DNA of 59,274 bases, counting the filler, from Dugesia japonica (Eukaryota): the NCBI GenBank assembly GCA_001938525.1. It is 4 parts of 4 records of this genome, joined end to end, with 100 filler letters (N's around TTAATTAATTAA, not from the genome) between each part and the next. Parts side by side here need not be neighbours in the genome. Positions count along the whole stretch, not along the records: positions 1 to 15,991 come from MQRL01615381.1; positions 16,092 to 25,720 come from MQRL01598936.1; 2 more parts are not named here. One strand, written 5' to 3'. The notes under the pieces were generated by a model. That model worked only from the letters and a program-made list of their open reading frames with translations. It was not told where the DNA came from and ran no database searches. Below, in pieces: positions 12,760-24,699 of the stretch; within the stretch, counting starts at the first letter, position 1, and each line of letters starts with the position of its first letter. The translations under genes were made by a program, and so were the position numbers.

Positions 12760-13703
12760 ATGCAATCATTGTCACATATTTATCTTAAATCGAACCAATA
12801 TGGAAAGACCCAAAATATCCACCAGGGTTCAAAGAAGTATAAAAATTATAGAAGGCAACACACAATTCAAAAGCGATACAAAAAAGTAGTTATTGAACCA
12901 GCTAGCGTACAGTCTGAACAAGCCAATATTGACAAGATTCCCAACAAGACCGTATAAAACATTTGGCGTTGATGATGTATGGCAATGAAAATGATACCTT
13001 ATTGGAGAATTAATAAAGGATATAAGTATATTTTGACATGTGTTGATGTATTTAGTAGATTTTCAAGAGTTGTACTAATAAAATGTAAATCTGCTAATAA
13101 AGTGGAAGCTGCAATCAAAACGATCTTTTAAGATGGCATCAAGATAATTTGCAAACTGAATTTTATAAGTCAAAAGTCAAAGATCAAGATTAATCATTTC
13201 AAGATCAATCATTAACCTTTATTTACACAATACAAAGCACCGTATGCTGAAAGATTTAACCGAACATACACGTTTTATCGAAAGTAATCCATAGTTATAA
13301 TCATACAAGTCGCAAGACATGTTAATGTATAATCTGATAATTCAATGAAATTATGACTTTGAGACTACAAGCAAAAGTTATCAAGAAAGCAAAATATAAA
13401 ATTGGTAATCATTTTAGAATATCAAAGATATCAGCTTCACTATTCATCAAGAATTTTGATAGTAATTGAAATGATGAAGTGTTTTAAATATCAAAATTCA
13501 ATACAAAACAGAATCCATGCATGCATGTGATTAAAGATCATGAAGAAAATATCATTGTTAGAAAATTCTATGAGCAAGAATTACAGGTTATTCCACAACC
13601 AACTGTATTTAGAATAGAAAAGATTATCAGATCAAAGGAAATTAGGAAATATAAAGATTTTTATATACATTGGTATGTATATGAAAAAGCAAGTTGGATA
13701 TAA
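12760..13703 (+). pseudogene. Polinton retroviral-like integrase with C-terminal chromodomain
   Basis: GYKYILTCVDVFSRF, AERFNRT, YKIGNHFRISK, KFYEQELQV, FRIEKIIRS...HWYVY...SWI. Confidence 0.92.
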
Positions 13704-13740
13704 TCATCTCAAGTAGTAAATTAAACAAAGAAAAGAAAGA

Positions 13741-14450
13741 ATGAGCAAAGTGAATAATTTCTATATATATTTTTGCCGAGATATAGTTGTCCACTTATTC
13801 ATCCTGATAATAATGCTAGTAATTTCATTGTTGAACTTCAAAACCTCATTTATATGGATGGTAAATGGGAATAAGTCTTGATGGATTTCACCTTTGTGTA
13901 CTCAACGTTTCTAATTTATAGCATATCAAATATTGAATATGTAACAGGAAAAGAAGAGTGGAAAGAAATTCTTGTTTCAATTGATAATAAAGAAAAATGA
14001 TTCAGTGCCAATGGTGCTGATGTTATTCAAATATATGAAAATGATTACTTGCACCTTAAATTGTTGCATCATGGTAATGTATTGCAATTTGAGAATCTTG
14101 AAGATGCAAAGCGATTTGAATTTGACAATTTAAATAACGACATTTTAAGACAAAATTCTTTTATTTCGATCCATTAAAAACAATGATTCAATAAAAACCA
14201 TAAAAATAAAGTTATTTCGATATAAACGGTCTTACATAACGAAAATGAAACAATTGAATAAATTATTTATCGAAAATTGTTATTATATATTCAAAACTCT
14301 TCATCTAAAGAAGGATGAGCCATTCAGATTTTTTTTGTTGGATGATGTAAAAGTGTAACATTTGATAGAATCTTAACAAAAACACTATTTGGTTTTTTGC
14401 AACTGGATTTTATGAATCAATCAAAATGTCTTATTACTAGTGTTAATGTT
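13741..14450 (+). pseudogene. Polinton minor capsid (penton) protein
   Basis: N-terminal NFYIY..P...IHPDNNASNFIVELQNLIYMDGKWE matches the Maverick penton start; directly follows the integrase. Confidence 0.75.
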
Positions 14451-15425
14451 CACATTTGAATGAATAGAGCAGCCAATAGAATGGATTTAGAATCTATAAC
14501 AGAAAAACCAAAATTTGTATTGCTCGATCTAAAATTAATGGTTAGAAGAGTTCGAGTTCCAACGACCTCCAAATTGTTATCCGAATTAAGATCTTTTCTG
14601 AAATCTACTTCTAAATCATCTTCAATTTTATCAGCAACAAAATTTTCGATATCGTTCAAATCAACACTATTTGGTATTTAAGAATTTATTGGTATATAAA
14701 AACAGTCCATAACGACTAAATGGAGTGCATGATTATGACAAAGCTCATTTAAAACATCTAATTATTATTTTTCCGTAGTTTTTATTACTGCTGCTGCATC
14801 GTTAGTTGATGCAATAATATAACTTTTTAAAGAAATGCCAAAGTTTGCTAGCTTAGGTTCAAATGAATGTTTAATAGTTTCTTCATTTCCTGTTTAACTA
14901 TTTCTGTTAAATCCAGTACTTCGCATTCAACTTTATTTGATTCCATTCAAACTACGGGAACTGTTACGTTTACATAACCTAAGATGGTGCAATCTGTCCA
15001 TTCATCCACAATAATAGTAAATTTACGATTAGCTTTTTTAAATTTTTCAAATTTATTTCGCAATTTAATACATTTCTCTTTATAAAAGCTGATGATGCAA
15101 TTTGAAATAGTTGTTGAATTTTTTGGCATTTTATTACCTTTTTGTTTCACGCATCCAGTTATTGCATTGGATCTGCTTGGATTCACATCAACTGCTGCGA
15201 TTTTTGACAATATTTCATTAAAAGACTGTTTTTTTACAAATTTCAAAATAGTACTTGCTTCAACTTTTGGCTTTTGCTGCGGAACATTATGTTCTTCATT
15301 AATAGTTGAGTTTGGAAGACTCAACGTATCATTAATATCAAAATTCGAATTCATTACAACATTTTATTGAAAATCAAAAATTATATCCAACAATATTTGT
15401 TAAACAAACAAATTAAAATCCCGTG
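14450..15425 (-). mobile_element. Partial hAT transposase, related to the 2232-4564 element
   Basis: FVKKQSFNEILSKIAAVD parallels FFKKESIEEVISKLTSFD of the first hAT; FTIIVDEWT catalytic-Asp motif; HALHLVV motif followed by an acidic tract. Confidence 0.8.
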
Positions 15426-15445
15426 TTTTCATTGGTGATCATTTT

Positions 15446-15991
15446 TTAAAATCTAAACTTTTTTAAAACACTTACATCTCCCTTTTTAAGAATTTTTTTG
15501 ATCTTCTCTACGTTTCTTTCGAGAATTTTTCCGTTCGTATTTTCCAGGATGCAACGTCTGTTGTGAACCTTTCCTTTGATTTTATAAGGTCCTTCAAAAC
15601 GATCTTGGTTCTTGTTTCTTGTTTCAGCTTTCACTAAGATCTCATCATCGATCTTGAATTGTCTTTTGGTTAATATTTCTTCTTCTTGTTCTTTGTGTAC
15701 TCTTTGAGTATTGGTTTTATACCATTTTTCTCTGCTTATTCTCTTCCCAAATATGATGTCAGCTGGGCTTTTCTAGTTTTCTGTTTTGTAGCATCTAAAG
15801 TAAATTCTATCTCTGGTAATACTTCTGCCAATCTGAAGTTTTCCTTTCTTTAAGCATTGTATTAATCATATCCTTCATAGTTCTAAACTGCCTCTCGATT
15901 TGATCATTTATGTTATGATGATATGAACTAAAAACTTTGAGGGTAATTTCATGTTCAGCTGCAAAATCTTTCATTTATTTTGAATCAAATG
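15446..15991 (-). mobile_element. Ty3/Gypsy integrase 3' end with polypurine tract and start of the 3' LTR
   Basis: SSYHHN, SPADIIFG, RFEGPYKI...ILERNVEKIK; purine-rich AAAAAGGGAGA followed by TGTAAG on the minus strand (~15471-15487). Confidence 0.8.
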
Positions 15992-16091
15992 NNNNNNNNN
16001 NNNNNNNNNNNNNNNNNNNNNNNNNNNNNNNNNNNTTAATTAATTAANNNNNNNNNNNNNNNNNNNNNNNNNNNNNNNNNNNNNNNNNNNN
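15992..16091. other. Artificial scaffold spacer N44-TTAATTAATTAA-N44
   Basis: Exactly 100 nt with a six-frame-stop linker; identical spacers at 25721-25820 and 48572-48671. Confidence 0.95.
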
Positions 16092-16939
16092 ATTCTTTTG
16101 TTTTTCCGAATTGATAATATAGCTATTAAGATTATAATCAAATATAGAGTGACCGAAGTAAGGACAACCCCACAAAACGGAAAATTATAAGTGGATAATT
16201 GTAAAAGCTAGTTGTGAGAAGTAAATCAAGCGAGTATCATGTAAAACGAACCCGAACCAAAGGAGTGCGAGTCTGTACTCGAGTTACGAGTCAACGGCTT
16301 CATTCCGAAGAACTGGATTTTTTGGGGGACACCAGATTCAATTCATCGCGGGGTTTTACCACGTCAATTAGCCTAGACTTAATTTTATAAAAAGTTCGAC
16401 CCCCCCTAGATTTAATCATATAAGAAATCAACCCACCTAGGGTAAAACCCCAACATTATTATGTAATTATTATTATTATAATTATTATGGCGTATTTTGG
16501 AAAATACTGAAAAATGAAAATCGGGCGTAGAAGACCAAATTTCGGTGGTGCAAAAATGGAAAATATATGTACCGAAAGGCAAAAATTAGTAGAATAATAA
16601 AAATAATATACTATAATATAATAAAGTATTAAAGGGGCCTCTACGACCCTATTTAATTACTATAATAACTCTATTCAGCGTTTAATATTATTTATTATTT
16701 CTTAATTAAGAAATAATTTGGTCCAGTCATTGTCTGNNNNNNNNNNNNNNNNNNNNNNNNNNNNNNNNNNNNNNNNNNNNNNNNNNNNNNNNNNNNNNNN
16801 NNNNNNNNNNNNNNNNNNNNNNNNNNNNNNNNNNNNNNNNNNNNNNNNNNNNNNNNNNNNNNNNNNNNNNNNNNNNNNNNNNNNNNNNNNNNNNNNNNNN
16901 NAAAAATGAAGAGGTGCACACCAGAGGAGAACCACGCAT

Positions 16940-17060
16940 CAACCAATCAGAAACCCGGAGGAAGAAAAGAAAGAAGATGATTGGCGAACGAATGGATAAT
17001 TTCGAGTTGGGGTGCAAACGAGGAATAAAACTCGTTTGCACGAAGAACTTGGTCAGTTTC
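16940..17060 (+). promoter_or_regulatory. Pol II-like promoter: convergent CCAAT boxes, TATA-like GAATAAAA in a hairpin loop, TCAGTT initiator
   Basis: CCAATC (~16943), GATTGG (~16979), GTGCAAACGAG-GAATAAAA-CTCGTTTGCAC (17012-17041), TCAGTT at 17053, 30 nt after the TATA-like box. Confidence 0.6.
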
Positions 17061-17289
17061 ACAATTAAATTTTAAAAATTTTTACTTGTATCGAGTTATA
17101 TTACATCTATTTTAAACAACTACTATTGTGAATTACAGAGAAGAAGTCCGAAACCTACTGACGAAGGAATCAACAATTTGAAAAAGTAAATTCTATTCTA
17201 GGTAGAAATTGTTAATTAATGAGACTAAATTTCCATGATTCAAGTGTAACCAAAAGCAACTGATGATCGGACTCCCATGGAAAACAAGT

Positions 17290-17500
17290 AAAAATTCTTT
17301 ATGAAAATCGCCACGAAAATTATTTATGAAAAATGCAATGAAAATTCTTCATGAAAATCGCCACGAAAGTTATTTATGAAAAATGCAACGAAAATTATTT
17401 ATGAACAGTGCACTGAAAATTACGTATGAAAACTACAAGGAAAATCATTTATGAAAATCACAATGAAAATCATTTATGAAAATCGTAATGAAACAAATTT
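17290..17500 (+). repeat. Degenerate ~23-bp tandem repeat within copy A
   Basis: About nine units of GAAAATT(A/C)TTTATGAAAA... Confidence 0.8.
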
Positions 17501-18417
17501 TATTCGAGTAAAACCCACAGTTGATTTCGAAAAGATCTAAGGAGAAAATCGCCAATTAATGTGATTTGGTCGAGATGACAATAGAAGTGCTATGCGATTC
17601 TTGAAGTTGAGTCAGGTAGCGATGAGATTTGTCCGAAAGACTTTTTGTGTGATCTCGAGGTGACACGGAAGAAGATCGCTGACAAAAATTTTCTTTTTAT
17701 GAATTTATCTGAGCGAAATTCATGTGTGATGTTGAAATGGTAATTGAGAAAATTTGAAATGATGAAATTTGGTTGTGGCAAAACCTATATTGTCCGGGAA
17801 TCATAGAAATCGATCCAGCACATATGAAATACTGGCTAAAAGCAAGGATACGAAAAACAGATATCTGCAGGAGCTCGGTTATCGCCTTTGATAATTTGTT
17901 CCAAAGTTTATTGTTCAATTAGATATGCTTTGTGAAATACGTTAATTAAAAGATTGTTTTTTNAAAAAAAAATATTATTTTCTTTCATAATTTAATGTTC
18001 GACGGTTTTGTTGTAAACGTAATAGTTAATAGAGGCCGTTAAGTTTATTTGATTAACGATTCATACATGCAATTGAATAATATAGCTTCAATCGGAATTT
18101 TCCTCGAGATTCTTACATTTTTATATTTAAAAAAAGATTTATTTTGCCAGAAGTATAATTTTAATTCGTTCTTATAAAGGTCATCGTCATGTTGGACTTG
18201 CTATTAAGCATATCTTTCGAGAGCTCTGGAAGCATGGGAATGAGGAAATATGATGGTTCTGTATCATCATCTTCTCTGGTTCGCATGTGAGGAGCGTGGA
18301 ACAAGAGCAGATAGGCCACATGCCGAAGAAACGTTTTATTAATTAAATTTATTTTTTTTGTATTTATGAATCTCATTTAATATTGTCATAACAAATTTTG
18401 ATAAATTTATTTGCCAG

Positions 18418-18857
18418 AAATCATGACCGAATACTATCAACCACACATCCCGTTGGTCCTAACAAACGATGGAGACAAGGGAACCTTCTGGATTCCGTGG
18501 AGAAACATTGTGGAGCTGCTAAATGAGCAACGCACAAAATATGAAAAGGAGAAAACCGAGTTGCTGCATAAGGGTGGACAGTTGGTGGTGAAATTTCGGA
18601 GTCCCAAGCAACAGTTGGTCGATACTCAGAAAAAGCTGCAATTATGTCAGCAGGACAATGAGAAGCTCCGGCAAGGAATAGAGATCATCAAGGGGAGTGT
18701 TACCAAGTTGGTAACGCAACAAGTGACGAGCCGTATTCAGTTGGATCATTTGGAAGATCAGGTACTGACATTGACACCCAAGGGTGCCATAGAGCAGGCA
18801 GTGACCCAGGAAATCGTCATCATAAAGGTGGAGTCCTTGTCTACCGACGAAAAATAA
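18418..18857 (+). CDS. Coiled-coil ORF2 of the unclassified element (copy A)
   Basis: Open, GC-richer frame after acceptor TTTATTTGCCAG; GTFWIPWRNIVELLNEQRTKYEKE aligns with GQFYVEWSEVQFMLRREQEKWKKE of copy B; AATAAA overlaps the stop. Confidence 0.55.
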
Positions 18858-19307
18858 ATGTTTCTGAGTGACGGAATTGTGTTTTATTGATGTTCTTCTA
18901 CTTAAGTACAACAACAAATTAATTATTAAGTGATATGTATGTCACATCGTGGTTCAAACATTTTTTTTGTTGTCGGCCGAGGCAGTAATAAGTTTGAAAG
19001 AGAAATTTTATTAAAATTTTTATTATTAAATTGTGTCAGTATGGAAAATGCCGATGTGGAATAAGTAGTTATTTAGTCAGTTCTTAAATAACTTTGGATT
19101 TTGTGAAACATTTTAACTTGCAACTATTAGTTATTTTAATTNNNNNNNNNNNNNNNNNNNNNNNNNNNNNNNNNNNNNNNNNNNNNNNNNNTATTAGTTA
19201 TTTTAATTGTTGATAGTCACTTATATAAATTACACCTGGCATAATCGAATTAAAATTAAAATTTTGATTTTAGTGAATCGATCCAACAACGAGAAAATGT
19301 TAAAGTG

Positions 19308-19590
19308 AGATGCAACCGCTGCTCAACAAAAATGGAAGGAAGAGCGGAAAGAATTAAAAAATGAAATCCTGAGGTTGAAGGGGCAGGTACTGAAATCGAC
19401 AGCTAAGTATAATCAGATCAAAGAAAAGGAGCTGTCCCTTCAGCACGCGAACCGGTTAATGGCATACATCATAAAAACATATGCCGACCGGGAGAGTTCG
19501 ATGTTTGTATCGCTAAGAACTCTATGGCTGACAACTGGTAAACTGGAATTTAAAGAAACGCTATATTTATTAATAAATGTTGCAAACTAA
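19308..19590 (+). CDS. Coiled-coil ORF3 of the unclassified element (copy A)
   Basis: DATAAQQKWKEERKELKNEILRLKGQ...KEKELSLQHANRLM...DRESSMFVSLRTLW; homologs at 23971-24218 and 33265-33610. Confidence 0.65.
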
Positions 19591-19800
19591 TGAATTTGTT
19601 TTGACTGACGTGTATGTAAATCCAATGAAGCAATAACAACCATTAATACAAAGATATTCTACAAAGATAATTAATTATTTGTATCCATTATTATATTAAA
19701 AGTTGCATCTCAGTTGATCTCATCAGTAAAAAAATATACATATACTAAATTTAAAGGTGAAAGAAACAGTATTGAATTTTTTAATATAAATATTATTTAC

Positions 19801-20115
19801 CTGTAAGGAAAAATTTTTAGTTCATTTAATTTCTGTTGTATTAATTCGAGATCTTCGATTTTCTTTTTCAAGAAAAAATATTCTAAAAAACTAATAATAA
19901 AATCGATATAAAAAATTTCTTCAGATTCCGATATTTCTAATAAGCCATTTCTAAATCTCATAGCAAGTTGCAGCCACGCTTCTCTATAAAGCTGCATAGA
20001 TGAACCGAAATTTCTTCTACTCAAAGATTGGGCAATTTCTGGAGTAAAAATATCCCCAATTAATTCTTCATTTATATTTAATGTTTTATCCATTTTGAAA
20101 TTGTTCATACAACCC
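19801..20115 (-). CDS. Probable exon of an unknown host gene
   Basis: About 105 open codons in AT-rich DNA, bounded by a TTTTTGCAG acceptor and a CAG|GTAAAT donor; no recognisable domain. Confidence 0.4.
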
Positions 20116-21599
20116 TGCAAAAATCAAATATAATGAAATTGAGGTTATTTAAATGTATACGTAGTTCTTCAGATTTAACTTAATCAACTTTTAGTTCAAA
20201 AAATTATTACAACTCAATATTAAACACTAAAAAATATATATATAAATATATATTAAACACCGATGCTGAAAATGGACTTTTCAACAGCTAAAAAAGATGC
20301 GATTTTAATCAATTTGTTTTGCTTGGAATTAAATTAAATTAGAGTTATTTAAAACACACTATTATAATTATAATTAAAATTATTGTGTGGAATCGATGGT
20401 AGAATGTTTTTAATTAATTTAGAATTAAATTAACTGTTAATGGTTATGAAATCCAAGTTTTGTTTAAATAACAGAATGGTGTCAGTTTTTTAAAAAATTT
20501 ATTCAAGTGTGAAATTTCTTGGAACAGATTTAGAATTTACAGATTGTAACTAAGATTGATTAGATTATATAATTACATTTTCTTAGTATTTTTTTGTAAT
20601 TACAATTTAGTTTATTATTAAGTAGTAACTAAAAGATATCTATTAATTGTTAATTGAATTGTCAAGGATTTTGTCAAGTTAGACAACAATTGTTATCACA
20701 TTTTATTCTATTATTAGTCACAATTTAATAATGCTTTTATAATTGATTGCAAACTTTCTGAATTTATTTCAATTATAACTATATAATTATTATTTTATAC
20801 ATTTAGGTCTATATTGATTATTGCTATATTGATCATTTTATTAATAAAAATTATAATCATTTTCAGTAGAATTTAGAAAGATTGAAAATCTTGCAACTTG
20901 AAATTATAGAAAAGCTATTTGTTTTATTAACAAATATAGAAAACTAGAATTTATTGACTAGTTAGTATAAAAGCTCAACACCTAACAATTACAACAAAGA
21001 TAGTTTTGATAATTTATTCATTATTTTAAAGATTCAATGAATTTCGTTGGTAAAATTGTTGGTCAAACAATAAATCCTCATTTCCTCAAAAAAATTTAAT
21101 AGAAATGAGAATATATTGTTGCATCTTTTTGTCACATTGTTGCATCTTTTATCATATTGAAACGTATTTTTGTTATATTGATACAGTTTGTGAATACAAC
21201 TATTAACAAAGATTTATGCATAAAAATTCAAATTATTTCAGTTAACATATTAAAACTAACTTCTTTAGTTTAGAAATCATTTATATAAATAATTTGAATG
21301 AGAGAATTGAGTAAAATTCATTTCATTTGATGTAAACTGAGTTAATTTCATCTCATGTATAAAATTCGAAAACTCAAATTACTTATAAAAAATGTCTTTT
21401 AAAGTTTAGATTAAAAAAGCTCAAACTATAGATGAAGAAATGGAATTGAATATAATTAATAATTGAAAAATCTAAATAAATCAAATGGATAAATATTTCA
21501 ATAAGAAAATTAAATTTCAACATCAATAAATTTAAGTATCAATCATGAGAATTTTTTCAATGATATGATTTTATTAGTAATATTATTATTATTTTTTTT

Positions 21600-24480
21600 T
21601 CCAAAGTAACAATCAGAGGTCACATGAGGTGACCGAAAATATAATTCAGCGCAAAGTTGGTGTGCACAAAAAATCAGTAAAGTAATAGAGAGAAGGGAAT
21701 GCACACCAACCACTCCAATCAGAGGAAGGTATTGAAAAACATCGGGATCTGATTGGTGGACTAATGGGAGGTCCCAAGTTGTGGTGCAAACGAGGAATAA
21801 AACTCGTTTGCACAGGAAAGCAGTAGCACTTTTTGTATTTTCATTAAAAATTTGAATTAATCATTTACAACAGTTGGTCAACTATTTTGAATTATTTATC
21901 ATAAATTACAAGAATTGTTTGTAACTGACAGCTTTAATATTACCATTGGAGAGGATCAAAATATTATAAAGTAATTTTTAAGCTATTTATTGATAATTTG
22001 ATAACACCTATCTTACATGTTCGAGTGTCCTAAGAGGTCGTATGGTTGTGCTCCCATACGTGTCATGACATAAAATATAATCGAAATACGTTATACAAAG
22101 AATCCTGCCGAGATAAAATTATCACATGAAATGAGCTAATCGCAAACGCTTACAATGGCCAGTGAGAGTTGTTGGCAAACGGTACAATGTCCTTATGAAC
22201 ATCATGGCGGGATAAAATGATATTCTAGAATCTGGCAGAACCAAAATTATAAAATGAAATAAATCGATTGCATTCAGTTACGAGAAACTGTGAGAGTTGT
22301 TGGCAGACGGCACAAGTATCCATATCACGAAATGAAAACGAAATAAAATAAAAATTATATCAGAATCTTGCAGGACTAGAAGTCGGAAATGAAATAAATT
22401 AATCGTAACTATTTACGAGAAACTTTCAGAGAGTTCGGTAGCCGATACAAGGTCCTTGTTAACCGTAATGACGAGAAGAAATTATCCGAAATGGAGTCCA
22501 ATACTATGAGGTAGATTAGAGAACGGTGGCGGTAATGTAACCGCAGAATGTACTGTAGAAGCGAAAATGTTGAGTTGAAGCGAGAATACAGGTTGATAGA
22601 GCTGTAACGATAGAATGAGACTATTTGGCGTTCGGAAATAAACAAATTTCGATCAAGTATATTATGAATGAGATGGGAGCTCGGTTATTATGATTTATTG
22701 CTGATAGTAATAAAAGTGTTCAGTGTCACTTAATATAATAATTTTATAAATTTTGTTTTCGTTTGGTCTGGGTTTTTAACCTGAAAAAGTGAATAAATTT
22801 TTATAGTGGAATTGTCACCGTGTGTCAAAGTAAAAATTTTATTGGTCTGAGTTGAATATGCACTCTTTTTCGTTCTTTAAGATTTAAAAATGTGAATGTA
22901 AAATAATCATATAATAAATTGAATTATAATTAAAACATAATTTATTGTTTTATTAAAATTTGAATATGTAAATGATCATATAATCAATTGAATAATTTAT
23001 GACGGCTATACATGCTGTCGGGATATTTGCTTTGATGTGAATGAATTAAGGACAATGCTTATCAGAACTTCGACGTAGCNAGAACTAGAAAAGATGGCGG
23101 CTTCGGTGGACATCTTCTCTGGTTCGTGCTACAGAAGTGGGGACGAAGAAATATGAGGCCGCTGGCCGAAGAGACGAATAATTAATTCTTTTGTTATTCC
23201 ATTAATTTATTAAATAAATATCTTTGAATTTAACTTTTATTGGTCATAGGTGCATAATTCGAATCCAGATGAGGGCAATGATAGAAAGAAAGAGGATTCT
23301 GGCGCTTATATAGATGAGGTCGGACAATTTTATGTGGAGTGGTCAGAAGTGCAATTCATGCTGAGGCGAGAACAGGAAAAGTGGAAGAAGGAAGTCGCAA
23401 ATGTGCAAGCCGATCTAGAAACAGCCCAGTTGCAAATGTTGATTAAGGATACCAATTATCTTCTGGCCGACTATCAAAGGAAATGTGACCAGAGGGTTGT
23501 AAAGGAAGAGGTCTCGGTGTTGCCAGATTCCACTAATAGTATTTCATTGTAAATCATCAACGTACGAACATTGGTGGGATCAACTGACAAGGAGATGGAA
23601 GCCGGAGAGTTGCAAATAATCCAGCAATTGATGGGGTTGAGAGAAATCGCCCCCGTGAAATGGGATTAATGATTCAATAAATGTTTATAGCATAGATATA
23701 ATGATTTTATTTTTTTTTAACGATAGTAATGTGATATGTATGTAGCATTGTGGTTATAAATTCTAGTGTCTGCAGAGGCCGTAATAAGTTTAAACAAATG
23801 TTTATTTGTTTTATTTTTTTTGCTGGTGTAAAAACGCAAACGCGGAGTAAATAGTTCGTTCTCGAATAATTTTCTGTTGATGATAAACAATTTTGTTTCT
23901 TTTACTTGATTATTATCTTATCTCAGTTAAGCTTATTATAATCAAATTATGACTAAACATTTTTTTGTAGATCTAATGAAGAAAAGATGCTAAAAAAGAT
24001 GCAATCGCTGCGCAGCAAAGGTGGAAGGAGGAACGAAAGGAGCTAAAAATGAGATTTTGAGGCTGAAGGGGCAGTTGATGAAATCGTTAGTGAAATATAA
24101 CCAAATTAAAGAGAAAGAGCTGTCCCTTCAGCACGCGAATAGACTAATGGCGGACATTATAAAGAACCATGCCGACCGAGAAGGCTCCATGTTCGTCACG
24201 CTAAGGACCCTCTGGTAAATTACCGAACAACGGAAGAACCGACCGAAGCAACGGAGCAGATCGTGGATCTGGATGCTTAACGAATGAGGCCGAGGATGTA
24301 AATAATGAAATAAATATTAATGGATGATTGGTTGATCGAGTAATTGCTGTCCTGGTTTACAAATTCAGAGAGTAAGACGCGATACCGCAAAGTCGCAAAG
24401 TGGAAAGATAGGGGCACGTCACAGAGGTGACGCAAACACTTGAGGATTGTAGGTTGCCCCTATAAATGACGGTGATAATA
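21600..24480 (+). repeat. Unclassified dispersed element, copy B (promoter, leader, ORF2 23250-23670, ORF3 23971-24218)
   Basis: Same 30-bp hairpin as copy A at 21784-21813, CCAAT pair, HLLWF block, ORF2/ORF3 homologs carrying a stop or frameshift. Confidence 0.8.
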
Positions 24481-24699
24481 ATGATTAAAAGTGGGATCAG
24501 AGAATTTAAAGAACAATTTAAACATCAAAATCCTAAAAAACCTAACAATAATAATATTAGAATAATTGTTTTTAATAAATTTCTAAATTCAATTTCTAAA
24601 GATAAAAATTTATCTCCAAAATGTTGTGCTGCATCATGTCCATAATATTTGATATATTCTGATTTTCTTAAATTTTGATAATTATTTGTTTTTTAAATT

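Larger units (their letters stand above)
8600..14450 (+). mobile_element. Maverick/Polinton (adintovirus-like) relic 1
   Basis: Collinear decayed pPolB N-terminal region, packaging ATPase, pX-like GGFL protein, integrase with chromodomain and penton. Boundaries approximate. Confidence 0.9.
16340..19600 (+). repeat. Unclassified dispersed ~3-kb element, copy A
   Basis: Shares promoter hairpin, CATCTTCTCTGGTTCG block and ORFs with 21600-24480, and upstream inverted-repeat module with 36140-36400. Confidence 0.8.

Noticed and set aside
16695-17062. ORFs spanning N runs
   Set aside because: Their length comes from unknown bases.
17290-17500. Regularly spaced repeats suggesting a CRISPR array
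   Set aside because: No unique spacers, degenerate units, eukaryotic context, no cas genes. The same applies to 45975-46160 and 10200-10370.
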